Positions 51,659 to 64,000 of a DNA stretch of 64,000 bases are shown piece by piece. The translations under genes and the position numbers were made by a program. How positions within the stretch are numbered: position 1 is the stretch's first letter; the number at the start of each line of letters is the position of its first letter. This stretch comes from Podarcis cretensis. Lineage: Eukaryota. The DNA is taken from contig OX638153.1 of the NCBI GenBank assembly GCA_951804945.1, positions 60,078,001 through 60,142,000 on the forward strand, in the 5' to 3' direction. The notes under the pieces are model-generated. The model was not told the origin of the DNA, did no database searches, and saw nothing but the letters and a program-made list of their open reading frames with translations.

Positions 51659-52469
51659 CAAAAGAACTACCTCTCAGTGAACTCTCTCCATGTCTGCCCT
51701 ATTGGCAGTGGCTTTTAATGGGCCAGAAGCTGTGATTCGCTTGCGGGCTAGTCCAGAATTCTGCAGGACTCCAGTCCAACCCCAGGGCCTAAACAGTGTC
51801 TGCTCAGACTTGCCCCTAACCCAAGCCGCTCAGCCCTAATGGACTCTAAATTTTCCTCCATGGCTGAAATCCCCAGCCACTGTGGGAGAATCACGCTGCA
51901 GGTGCTGTGAGGCAAGGGAAGCTGATCTCTGTTACCCTTGACAGTGGGCAAAAGGCAGCATAGCTGAAAGTGACCAAAGAAACTTGATTTACTCAGGAAG
52001 GGAGGGAGAAGAACCTTGTGTGGCCAAGAACTGGACAGCTCTCCTGCAAAAGGAAAGAAAGTGGTTCTTTCTGGTGCTTTACTATGAGCACGCCCCCCCC
52101 CCTACTTCTGTTGATGTCTGTGAAAGGACCAAAAAAGGAGTCGTGCAAACAGGATTCCTTGAGGGTAAGAAATAACCTTTTTAAAAAACCAAGGCAGATA
52201 TTTTGCTGCCTTCCTTCACACTCCTCCCCACAAATACATTTTGCACAAACTCCTTTCAAATCCCACATTTACCCATCATTCAGTGTGTCTCAGTGCTGTT
52301 GTCCCAGCACTGGGGCTTCCAGCAGTTCCAAGTTTCACAGAAGACCACCTTGAACTGTGGAACGCTGTCTCTGGTACTTGTTTTAACAACACCTAGCCCA
52401 TAAACTCAATCAACTATGGGCTAAGTTAAATTATGAATTTGTTTTCATACTTGAACTCGTTACTGTAGC

Positions 52470-52475
52470 AATAAA
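52470..52475 (+). terminator. Candidate ENTPD7 polyadenylation signal
   Basis: First AATAAA after the stop, followed by T/GT-rich sequence. Confidence 0.5.
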
Positions 52476-52722
52476 TTATGCTGAACTGTGTAAGCAGAGT
52501 TTCTTGATGCTAGTTGTGCTGGAAGCTTTTTGGTTGGTGTAGCTGGTTGGTTTTACTAGCTGTAAAAACCATAATTTCTCACCTGTGCTCAAGAATGAGA
52601 ACCAATCTACAATTGTAGGCCAAAGGAAAAGAACTTGCTTTATTGCTGTATCATCCTGAACACAATAGGGTTACTATCATAAATCCTAGTCTGGAAATTT
52701 GCAGTGGCTTAGTTGCTTACAC

Positions 52723-53044
52723 CAGTGTTTTTCAACCTTTTTTGGGCAAAGGCACACTTGTTTCATGAAAAAAATTACGAGGCACACCACCATTAGAAAA
52801 TGTTAAAAAATTTAACTCTGTGCCTATATTGACTATATATAAAGTAATTCTCTTGAATAGGAATCAAATAAACACAAAGAAAGTATTTTATAATTACTTT
52901 ATTATGAAATAGTAAACAGAAATATGAAAAATTATAAAATACTTTATTTTAAAATCTTTCGAAATTTTCAATTTTTCCCACGGCACACCAGGCAACATCT
53001 CGCGGCACACTAGTGGGCCGCGGAACAGTGGTTGAAAAACACTG
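52723..53044. mobile_element. Young hAT-type MITE between the ENTPD7 and ATP6V0E2 3' ends
   Basis: Perfect 15-bp TIR CAGTGTTTTTCAACC / GGTTGAAAAACACTG; perfect 8-bp TSD GCTTACAC. Confidence 0.9.
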
Positions 53045-53236
53045 GCTTACACCACCTGGATAGTTTACTGAAGTGCTCCTTGTCAGGAAACACAGACCAC
53101 TTTTGATTTTAGCCCAATACCAATTAGATGCTATGGATAGAGGCTGGAGTATTACCCTGGCTGAATTTCAAGCACTTCTGGGCCCCATATCAGATGCCTT
53201 TAACAAAAGACAAAGAAAGATCACATACTAAAAAAA

Positions 53237-53742
53237 TTTATTTTCACGATACCAGTTTACACTCAATAAATACAAATACACAACATTATAAATAATAGTG
53301 GAAGGGGGAATTCTAGGCAAATGCATCCTAGTGCAGCAGCCTCACTGCTAATGGACAAAGATAGGGAGAGAACAGATTTATTGGGTGAGCATCACCATGT
53401 AAAAGTAAGGAAGGTGTCTTGTATCTTGCCCAAGAGGGTGTTCCAGAGCTCCATCAGCAATTATTCAATCTTAGCGTTTATTACAGGACTTTCAAAATGC
53501 AAACATTTTCCCTAACTGCCAAGAGAGGAATATTTAGTTACAACATCAAACCCAAGAGCAGATGCCACCAAGATGCATCAATTAAAACAGGTGGGAGATG
53601 GTTAAACAAGTGAAATGGTCCCTTCATATGTTTGGGTCTTAGCCCTATGCTGTGGGGAAATTTAGAGTGCAAACAAAAGATCCATTGAGTTAGTACTGGA
53701 AAGGACAAGGGGTGGAGCTGTTATCTAGCATCAGAAGGAAGC
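53237..53742 (-). other. ATP6V0E2: Probable non-coding last exon (3' UTR) of ATP6V0E2
   Basis: Donor cag|gtactt at 54236/54235, 28 nt after the stop; strong acceptor tttttctctttttcctag| at 53743; minus-strand AATAAA at 53477-82, 53377-82, 53237-42. Confidence 0.6.
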
Positions 53743-54263
53743 CTAGGAAAAAGAGAAAAAGATTTCTTAGTATTGACCTTACCCCAGCAGGATAGAAGAT
53801 ATCTGGGAACAATCAACCTGTTGCCCTTTCAGTGAGATTTACCATAGCTACCTTTTACATACAATGAGAAAGTGACCTGTCCTATAGAACCACAGAGTGG
53901 CAACACTATTGGAGACAGATTACAGGTACCTTTCTGGTTCTATTGGTTAAGCCAGGGATGGGACCTGTGATTCTCATGTGGCTGGACTATGATCCCTGAC
54001 TGGCTATACTGGCTTGGGCTAATAGGAGTTAGAATCCAATAATATCTAGAGAACCATAAGTTCCCCATCCCTGGGCAATGCCGTTGACATGTGAGTCAGG
54101 CAAGGAACCCGGGATGGGAATCTTTGTAAACTGGAAGCAAATAGATTCCTTGTTCTTACAAGCAATTAATGAGTTGCATCTAATTTATTTGTGTGTTAGT
54201 AAGGTAGGTTAGGTAGCGCTAGATAGAGAAAGTACCTGTTGAATTGGTTGATAGTGGTGCAGT

Positions 54264-55656
54264 TCACTCCCACAGGAAGCGCACATACCAGATGGTCTCA
54301 TTCTTCAGCTGGGGTCCAAACAGCGGGTTGGCCTGGGCCAGGAGTGCTATAAGCCAGCTGCAAGGGAAAGATAGGAAGGAGACATATAAACTGGATCACA
54401 ACTCCTTTTGCACTAGTGCTGAAATACAAAAAGTCATATTTTGCAAGTAACTGCTAGGTCATTTTTGCAAGTAACAGTTATTCATATAAAGAGGACAGTG
54501 TCACTGTAGGAGGGATATACAATCTAGGGAGCAAGGTCTTCTAGTTCTTTAAAGGAGATAAGATCTGCCCTGGTGCATTATGCCTGAGAGTGTGTAGCTT
54601 AGCATAACAGCTGAGCCAGACAGGATGTTAGGGCAGCTAGAACAGTCTAGTGCTTTGGTGTATGATCAGAGATGGTCTAAGGCTTGTTATGGGATGCAAA
54701 ATCCACTACTTGTTCATATATGGGGTCCTGGGAGCATCATGCATGAATGATGCTAGGACATATTGGAAGAGACAGTGTACCATGATCCAAGATTACCCAA
54801 AAGCTTATGAAAGAGAGGCAGGCTGTTATATGCACCTATGCGTAGAATAAGGACCTGGCAACTGTGAAGCAACTTGAGTATCTCCAAGGTGGTATATACA
54901 GGAGAGCTGCTTCTATTTGGGATTCCTACCTAGATTCCCAATATTCATGAAGCAGCCACTTAGATAAAGTTATGAGGGTGGTTGGTTTCCTGCTGGGTAC
55001 AACCCAGCCCTACACCCACAACCCATCTCCCCTATGCAATACTCACAAGAGATAGCAGGAAATGGCTGTAGTCACCAACATGGTAATAATTACTCTGTGA
55101 AGTGAAAAAATGAAAAAGAAAAAAGATTGAGTAAAGCTGCAAGCCTAACCCTACTTACCTGAGAGTAAACCCCACTGAATATATTAGGAATTACTTCTGA
55201 GTAGACATGGATAGGATTGTGCTGAAACAGTCAAGCAGGTCACACAGGAGAAAGGATTCCCAGATCAGGCACTCCTCAACGCTCTTCCTCCCTGCTCCCA
55301 CACCTGGACTCCTATATACCATGTTCATAAGAGAAAAATACCCTAGCCCAGCCCTTTGGCTGCTATACTAGTTTGCAGCCAGGGTCGCTGGTGTTTCCAA
55401 CGCGAGGTAGCACTCATAAATGTGATTCCCCCCCACTTGGCAGTCTGAAGCGATGCAGAGTCCCCTGTTCACAGCATCCGTAGATCAGGCCTCCTTCAAG
55501 GCCAAAGGCGGCTGCGGAGAAGGAAAGCCTGCGAGTGTCGCACCTGCGGGGGAAGCGGGTGCTGGTCCCTGCTAAGATTTTGTGTGTGTCATGTCATCTC
55601 CCAATATATCAATATCTCTATATAGTGATCTTTTTGGATATATAGGTCATTCTCAC

Positions 55657-55687
<31 letters not shown>

Positions 55688-55975
55688 GTCAATCAATCAA
55701 TCAATCAATCAATCATCTATCTAGATATATTCTCAAAGCCTTTAGCAAGGACCACCATCACCCTTCCCTCGCAATTATAGATCACAATGCATATATTGAT
55801 CTATTTGGCGATGACCGAGAGACCTGGCGACGGATCGGGCGGGCGGAGGCTGCGCGGGCGGGGAGCCTCACCCGCGGTTGGGCCCCTTGGGCACGAGCCA
55901 CGGCCCGGCGATTCCCACGAGCCCCCAGAAGACGGAGAAGAGGATGATCGGCAGCGCGAAGCTGTGCGCCGTCAT
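54264..55975 (-). CDS. ATP6V0E2: V-type proton ATPase subunit e (e2-type); complement(join(54264..54357,55047..55094,55872..55975)), 81 aa
   Basis: Spliced translation [81 protein letters not shown]; the MTAHSFALP start and WYVRFLWE end match e2 as I recall it, not e1; canonical GT-AG junctions (104+48+94=246 nt); own CpG island at 55800-56250. Confidence 0.92.
55658..55722. repeat. Compound (TATC)n/(AATC)n microsatellite in ATP6V0E2 intron 1
   Basis: Direct reading. Confidence 0.9.
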
Positions 55976-57312
55976 AGCGAGGCGGGTTGGGAGCGACCGA
56001 CGGGATGAAGGACAAGAGGCCGCCGTCGAAACCGCAAGAAGAGTGAGTCTCCGCTCCTCCCCCTGTCTCTTCCTTCGCTTCTGGTCCGGTCCGCAACCAA
56101 TCAGAACTCCGTGCGCCCCCCCTGGTGTTTCCCCCCCCCCCTTCGCCACCCCGTATTTTGGAGCCTCGGTTCCGAATGGAGCTGCCTGTGTCATACCGCC
56201 CCCTGCTGCCTCGGAGGGTGTATTGCGAGGAGCGGAGAAGGCAGGTCGAATCCTACTAGAGCTGTTGCAGGCATAGGCATCGTATAGGCGTCCACTGGGG
56301 TTGGGGTAGTTGCTCCCTCTAATGATCCATGATCACCAGATTTACAGGTTTCTACTCCCCACCCCCACCCCCGCTCTACAGAAAGGTTATAAAATTTGTA
56401 GACCCAGATATGAACAAAAATGTGCAGGCACCAATCTTCACCTCTATTTTGTGAGAAAACTTACCCCTCCAACCTTTCAGGGTTTCTATCCATTTTAGAC
56501 CATTTCTATACTACTTAAAATATACAAAAAATCCTCTAAGTGGTGTACAGAAAACAAGCTGATCAGAAAATTTTATGAATATGATGTTATGTATAAAAAT
56601 GTTGCATTAGTGCAACTTTACTAATACACAGAAACCAGTATCAGTTCCTTCTCCTTCTGTCACCCATTCCCTCTCAGTATCCTGGCTCTCACTAAGCTCA
56701 TTCATTGGTTTCTAGCTAATGAATGAAGCAATGGATGACATTAAAGAAACTAGATCTAGCCAATTTAATACTTGAGTGAAACACCTGTGTCTCCGCTCTT
56801 GGTTTGGTTTAAAGCATCTTAAGCCGGTCTTCACTGCTGGTGAAGTGAATGCTACCCCACTGAAAACAAGTCAGGTATCCAATACTGGCAAGTAATGTAT
56901 AAAAGAAAAATGTAGCAGTAAAGACAGTAAGTAGTCCATCATCTTTCAAAGTCACATTTCATAGCAAAAAATGTCCCCCCACTCCCCCGCATCTGCAAAC
57001 ACTTTAAAAGATACTCTGCTGACAACCTGCCATAATTATACCAATATTGAAGCAGGCCGGGCTGGGGCTGATTTCATGTTAGGCTCATTTTGCTGAGAGG
57101 CAGCGGTAGGGAACTGCAGTAGTGTAGTACAACTCTGAATTGTAGGGTACATGATAGGGCCTTTTAGGGAAATGAAGCAAAGTGGGAGACTGTGATGTTG
57201 AGTGCAGCAGCACTGCCCAGGAAAGAATTAAGGGCTTCAGCAATGAGTGAAAAGCCATCTACCCATTGTAGCAGGTCAACCCACTGAGAAGGAAAGGGAT
57301 AGATGTGTAATA

Positions 57313-57519
57313 CAGTGGTACCTCGGGTTAAGTACTTAATTCGTTTCAGAGGTCTGTTCTTAACCTGAAACTGTTCTTAACCTGAAGCACCAGTTTAGCT
57401 AATGGGGCTTCCCGCTGCTGCCGTGCCACTGGAACACGATTTCTGTTCTTATCATGAAGCACTATTTTTGGCTTAGTGGAGTGTGTAACCTGAAGCGTAT
57501 GTAACCCGAGGTACCACTG
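57313..57519. mobile_element. Tc1/mariner-type MITE
   Basis: Perfect 18-bp TIR CAGTGGTACCTCGGGTTA / TAACCCGAGGTACCACTG flanked by TA on both sides. Confidence 0.9.
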
Positions 57520-57868
57520 TACAAGTTTCTCAGGGGTCTACCCAAGTTTAGGAAGTCACCTGATCCACCAGAATTGTTATATATGTTCTCTGCTGCTAGT
57601 TATGTTTATTTACTCATTTGCAACATTTACTCTCCCCCTTCCCTCCCCGGAAAAAGTCCTTTGTGGATGGTGATGTTAATGAAACATGTTCCAAATCAAC
57701 CCACTCATGTGCCTGCTTGAAAGCTGCCACAGGCAACTGGTTGGCCACTGAGAACAAGATGATGGACTCGATGGGGCCTTTGGTTTGCTGCAGCAGCTTC
57801 TTATAAAGGTACACTGCATAGGGACGTTGTAAGAACAGTCAATTTTAAAATACTTATTGAGAAACTTT

Positions 57869-57874
57869 TTTATT
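57869..57874 (-). terminator. Candidate COX15 polyadenylation signal
   Basis: TTTATT on + ~530 nt past the COX15 stop. Confidence 0.5.
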
Positions 57875-58405
57875 AAATAAGGAAAGGACTGTGGGTCTTC
57901 TGCATGGTTAAATTACAGTGCACATTTCAATATTCTAATGCAAAAAATTGCACTCAAACCCCATTCTGCTAAAGAAAATCCACCAACTATGCCACCCATC
58001 ACCCTTATAATACAGTTTTGAAATGCCTTCATTTGCTGTTCATCCAAATTTCTAGGCCCACTCACCCCATAATCCATTGTCTATAGCGAGCCTACACAAA
58101 ATGTAAAAGGCTCATGGCTGTAGCCTCATACAGACAGCTCAGCAGGAAGCAAGACACACCTCAAACGACCATCATTCTTGCCAGAGCCCACCTTGTCAAC
58201 ATCACACCTTAAGCAAAGAATGGTGATTCATGTTCACCAAGTTTTGCAACAAAGCACTTCAACTCATGATGTCAAGGTGCTGCTCAGCCTCGCCTTCTGT
58301 TTAAATTAAGGCTTTCAGGAAGAGGAGCATACAACACATGGGGCAAAGGCAGCAACCGTGAACCTTCAGCACTAGCAAAGAGGCTGGCTAAATAGGGAAG
58401 CAGGG

Positions 58406-61400
58406 TTATTTCGGGATCCGCTTCAGTTCATGCATCAGCCACAATGCCACACTGAGCAATACCAGGGAACCTGATTGATGAGTGGCTGCTAAAGGAGTTG
58501 GGACATACAGGAGAAGTGTGCTGATGCCCAGGGTAACCTGCAGAGGAGCAAGAATAAAAGGAAGTTTCAGATGTAAGCAAAGTTTGCTTATCAATGAAAT
58601 GTAGAAGTACAGTATGTGCAACTACATTGTATTCCAATCGCACAGAATTATACACAAGAAGCTTCATAAGCAATTGGTACGGGGATTTTTATATGTTTTG
58701 TCTCTCTCCCACTGTAAATAACTTGCTACAGGATGAGGTAGCTGTCACAGTGCTTCATGATACAATGCTTCCCCATTTGCCATCTCAGTTTAAACCCAGA
58801 AGGCAGAGAAGGGCAGTGACCATAGCACTGTTCAATATTTCCAAAGAAGAGCATGACTGCAGCTCTATTTCCCCCCCCCCTTTGTTCTTCAAAGCCAAAT
58901 AAATAAATAAATAAAAATTGGTCCCCACCAATTTCAGTTTTAACTGCCTGAGACCAGCAACCAAGATAGCATTATCAGTGACAAGAAGGCAGGCACCTAC
59001 CTGGAAGGAAGGGGAAACTTGCCATTCCATCAGAGGACACTACTAAGTGACAATTAAAAGGGTGTTTTAAAGGGCATAGTTAATACCTGGAGGTATGCCA
59101 CAGCCAGTAAGGAAGCAACTGCCATCCTTGTCCTCCGTGGGAGAGGAATCTTCCTGGAAAACAGGTACAGACCTGTAATGGCTGCAACAGAGGAAACTCC
59201 CTAAAGGGAAAAGAGTAAATATCCAGTGAGGGAACCAGAGAAGCTTTGCAATGACAACAAAGAAAGGGCTTAGAAGTGGAGTTGGAAGGGATCTTAAAAG
59301 GTCATCTAGTCCAAAGGCAATGCAGGAACCTCACTACTACAGCATCCCTGACCATCCAGCCTCTGAAAAAGAGTCGATCACTTCTGGGGCAGTCTGCTCC
59401 TCTTTCAAACAACTCATGTCATCATAATGTTGTCCTTAATGTTTAGACTAACCCCGCCCCCTTTTGTAACTTGCACCCTTTAATTAGAGACAGTGGAGAT
59501 GGAAACCAGTACTTTAGGCATGTAAGCAAGTGCTCTACTCTGAGTTAAGAGTGTGCCTTCCCACACTCCCAGTTACACTGCCACCTGGAATGAACACAAA
59601 CCCAAGAACAGCAAACCAATTAAAAAGAGGTGTTATCTAAGAGCATAAAGAGGAAGAAACATACCAGAATCCTGTGATCAAACTGCACGGTTGTGGGATT
59701 CTCAAATATGTTCTTCAACTTTGGGGAAAAGGCAAGGAGGTCATCAGGGATCCAGCGTTCCCCCATCTTGGGAAATGAATTGTATACAAGACCAGCATCC
59801 AGTCCTGCCACAAATGCCCCTAGAGTTCCAGAGAAGAGAGTCTGTCACACCTGGAAGTATGAATGTAATAGAACAAGCCACCTAAAAACCATCACGGTGA
59901 GTGTTTCAGGTTCTTCCCTCAAGGCCACAAAACAGTTCCCAGTGATGTTGTCTGACCAGCATGAAGAGGAAGCATTTCAGTAACCTGGAACTGAAAAAGT
60001 CTAGACCCTCCCAATGGGAAATGAAGCAAGAAACACACATCCCTGACCATGCTGCCTATTGCTTCTCAAAAGAAAGAGATTGGTGCAAAAGTGACAGGGA
60101 CTTTTACCTGAGAGGGCAGTGAGAAAGATCAGGCCTGATGTTCCATGAGCAAACCTTCTTAGGCGCAGGAGTTGACGGGTTTCTGGTAACTGTCAAAACA
60201 GGAGGAGGATCACAAGAATATGTAATGGCCTTTTTATATATTCTAAAGGGAGTATGTGCAAAGGAAACTAGTGTTCCATAGGGTCAGCATATATACACAT
60301 TTCCAATAAGATGCCTGACTGAAGAGGAACTTATTTATTTCTCTCTCAATGGCTAATGCAGCAAGGACTTCTGCTCTTCTCACTCAGCTGTTATGCTGCA
60401 CGGCCCTTAATGGACATGGCTTACATCCAATTATATCTATGAACCCAAATCTACCAAATTTTATAGAAATCACCAGGCGTTCTTGGAAGCAGTCAGATAG
60501 CATCTGCATGCTTGATTTAATCCTGCTGTCAAGTCACCATACCCAAGACCAGATCCACAGGCCCCAGAAGCATCTACTGCCTGGATGTGTAGGGCAAAAG
60601 TGCATGGCAATATCTTCTGTGGCAGGGATGCGGCCTTGCTAGAACTGGGAAAGTTGTGGCAGACTGCACTGTAAGAAATGGAATAGCTCATGCCAGGCTG
60701 AATTCTTCTCAGTCTGCATTTCTCCTGCTATGCTTTCTTAAATAACTACCCTCTTAAGAGGCCATCCTACCAAGTGAACTATGAGAGTGCAGTGTTGTGT
60801 GGGCTCTCCTTTCTTCCCTTTTCGTGTGATGCTCCGAAGCAGTGGCTGTGATCACCATAAAGGGATTTGAAACCCTACCTGAGAAGTGAAACCCTACCTA
60901 ATATGAGAATTGGCAACAGGCGCTAGTTTTGCATGTGATGCAGGAGTGTGTGCCTCCCACTGCAACTTCATTGGCTCCCTCTATGCATGGGAGTGTCAGT
61001 GCTAACAGAGTTCTTGACTGGTAAGCTTTGGTGGTGTTTCCAGGAACGTTATCTCTTTGACATTTCCCAAGATTTGTAATTTTCCTCTTCCAGGCTGAGC
61101 ACATGTAGGATACAGTGGCAGTTTGGTCTGCACAGTGGCAGTGCGCCTCCCTCCAAAGGCGCAATTGGTGTACAGGCTTTCTTGGCCCAACTGGGACTCC
61201 ATACATGCCCCCGGTCTGCCTCACTTTTCACTTACCTTGTGCTGCGGCAGCAGTAATGAAAGTCCAGTCCACAGGCTGTAGCAGTAAAGAACAAGTGCAG
61301 AGCCCAGGTGTGCGGCTAGACGGTACTGACTGACCCGTGGGATATCATGAGAGTCTGGCTTTTCCTCTAATCCACTTTTTACCATATACCAGCCCAATAG

Positions 61401-62856
61401 GCCCTGCCAAAACAAAGAAAAAGTACCATAGAGGCATGAAACTAAGACCACTTTTGCTCCTGCCAATATCATGTACATTCTCTTCCAAGGAACTAAGATC
61501 TAACAACACTCCAAGCACCATGATCTGAAGCTTCTGCTGGGCTTCTGTGCACCAGAGACCTAAGATCACATACAAATCAGCTCCTGAAGCGTGCAAAGGA
61601 TCAATGCCTTTCATGTTCTATCTCAGTTATCTTGGGCAGAGTAATTTAATGAGTCATTTAACAATTTCAAGGTCCCAGTGATCTTTCCCACCTGGAAGCA
61701 GACAAGTCCACAGAGGGCAACGACACGACCCTTCAGGGACCGGTTGAGGTAACCCTTCCTCCAGAAGTAAGCTGCTGGAAGGATGTAAGCCAGTCCAACA
61801 AGCCGTCCCCACATTCGGTGTGAATACTCCATGTACCAGATGAATTTGAACTCTGTCAGCGTCATGTTGTGGTTCAGGCTGTTAAGATTCAGAGAGAAGG
61901 TTTATAAAACAACAACAAACCCTGCAGTAAGGTGTAGTTGCCCATTCCCCTCTTTCCTTGACAAGTTCTATCAAGAAGTAGCATTTAAGATACTCTTTTT
62001 TTCTCATTTCCCTTTTGCTGGGATAGAAGACTAGGCTCCCCCCACGACCACCAATTTAAATTTAGTCTCTAGGAACTTTAGCTCAACCCATGCCTACATT
62101 TTAAATTCTGGGAATTGCTGGTAGTTTTGGAATTCTGCTTCCCACTCCTGCTGTGTCCGAGGAGGCTTCATCTCCCGCACGAGATGCCAGTCAACCATTG
62201 AAAGCCCAGACTCTGTCAGCCTGAAAAGGAAAGAACAGCAATGACATACCACTGGGGGAAGGTGCTATCAATGTGGGATATAATGGTGTGTGCATGTGTA
62301 TCCATCTATCTAGAAAAGCAGAATGAAGACACAATGGGAAAATTTAGACACTGGGGGCAATGCAGATGCAAATTCTGACTACACACAAAACATACCGCAA
62401 AACATACCGGTCATCAATTTGATGCAAATATATATTGTTTATCTACAATGCATTTATAAAATAAGGGTAGACACAGGCATTCAAAGGGCAGAGAGATACC
62501 AGAAGTTAGGTTAGGCCCAAACACTGGCATGACCAAGAGGAAGCAATGCACTTAGGAAGATCTCTGCTGGTTGCAGAAAGATACAATCTATGACAGCTGG
62601 AGAACCATAGTGTCAAGGGTAAATAAAATATAGTAAAGGCTTGAAGAGGAGGTGATAATTTTCCTTACCTAGTGACTCCACCCAACACCACAGCTCCGGC
62701 CACAGTCCCACTGCATATTAGAAGCCAGCGCCCTACAGCCCGGTTGGTCACAGCATTGGGGACAGGTGGTACCACCACTCTGGGATGGGAAGCAACTTCT
62801 GACACTACGCTGTGTTGTGACCGTCTCTGTGGGAGCTGCCACCACCGTTGACATTG
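58406..62856 (-). CDS. COX15: Heme A synthase COX15, 5'-partial (exons 2-9); complement(join(58406..58537,59087..59200,59665..59819,60108..60189,61236..61403,61692..61878,62098..62220,62669..62856))
   Basis: [22 protein letters not shown]|[53 protein letters not shown]...ELKRIPK*; conserved heme-ligand His motifs; GT-AG junctions in frame; exon 1 not identified inside the window. Confidence 0.96.
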
Positions 62857-64000
62857 CTGAAGACAGAGAAGGTAGTGAGGAGGCTGTTTGTAATTATGCC
62901 ACCCCACTAAACATACATTTGCAATTCAAGATATGGAAGAGGAGAATTACTCAAGATGAATGAACTCTCTTTACTGTAAAGAGTTCACACCTGTGTTCAC
63001 TACATCAGAAAGGTTGTATTCAGTGCCAGACATTATTCTACAAAATGCAAGGACAAGGATAAAGGACCAGATCATCAATGGTGCAAGCACAGAAAAACTG
63101 GACAACAGGAATTCACTGAGATGCTCAGCAAAACTTATTTTTATTTTCAATATGTTCATATGTGTCCTGCTTGTGGAATATGCAGAAGCATTTGGCTGGC
63201 CACCATTAGCAGGTTTTCATATGTTATTAAAACGCTGAAAGCATATGGAGGGGAAAGTGTTCATGTTTTTACAGGGCCTGTGTCCATGTAATAAAATGTG
63301 ATGTTATATTCATAACTGTTATTTTATTTGTTTAAAACATGTATACACTACTCTTCATCTAGGTGGGACCAGAGTAGTTCATGGTATAGAACCTTAAAAA
63401 AAAATCCTTTGAAACATTATACCTCTTGTTAAAGTTATAAATAAAGAGAGAGAAAGCCTGCAACTTACACATTTAACTGGTGCACATTTAGCTATACACG
63501 CTTGGCAATTAAAAAAATAATTAAAAAGAGACCAAGTGTCCAAGGAAAAAGACTTTGGCAATCCCAACTGCCATTGAACCTAATGTGTTTTGACTATCTG
63601 TGAATTATGATTTCGGCATGATTCCCAGAATGTAACCCACATAGGTTGAGGGCTTACTGTAGGTATACAAGTGAAATATTTTGGCAGTCACCGAAGCTCC
63701 TAGAGAAACAAGTTTTCAGTCTGCTCCCTTTAACTGTCTGGTTGTGACAGGTGCAGACAATAGAGTCTGTAGTTTTCTTGAATATCCACCCATAATTAGT
63801 GTTCCCCACGTGGAAATGAGGTAGCATTGATTAGCACCTCCCACAGTGCAAAGGATACATAAAGGCGGAAACTCCTGGCATTTTCCCCAGCAGCGTCTCT
63901 TAGCGAGCGTGATAGCAGGTACGCAGCCTGCTCGCAAGGCTAAGAAACGAGGAGCCGCGGGGGGTCGCTTCGTTTTGCAACCATCGGCCGACAGAGGCAT

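Noticed and set aside
63716-64000. 94-aa minus-strand ORF as COX15 exon 1
   Set aside because: No convincing phase-0 donor or similarity to the COX15 N-terminus; more likely intron 1 at the edge of a CpG island, with exon 1 just outside the window

Overview
Vertebrate genomic DNA, most likely a squamate (lizard; a lacertid is plausible), judged from a full-length Sauria-type SINE, a BovB/RTE 3' fragment, CR1/L2 tails and many hAT/Tc1 MITEs. The window matches the NKX2-3 - SLC25A28 - ENTPD7 - COX15 block (human 10q24). Splice-consistent gene models were built by hand: NKX2-3 (+, 2 exons, 318 aa), SLC25A28/mitoferrin-2 (-, 4 exons, 362 aa), ENTPD7 (+, 12 coding exons, 607 aa), an intact ATP6V0E2-type V-ATPase e-subunit gene (-, 3 coding exons, 81 aa; only exon 1 shows in the ORF track) between ENTPD7 and COX15, and COX15 (-, exons 2-9; exon 1 apparently beyond the window end). 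The first ~26 kb is non-coding, with transposon relics, enhancer-like blocks and a broad CpG-rich domain around NKX2-3. I found no wholly novel biological system. The most notable items are the ATP6V0E2 position (a possible NKX2-3/ATP6V0E2 vs NKX2-5/ATP6V0E1 paralogon), a CCAAT-box array in the compact SLC25A28/ENTPD7 bidirectional promoter, a consensus CTCF site between NKX2-3 and the housekeeping genes, two homeodomain substitutions in NKX2-3, an ENTPD7 uORF, a nested MITE and a probable sense-oriented solo LTR. Comparisons to human sequences are from memory and need database confirmation.
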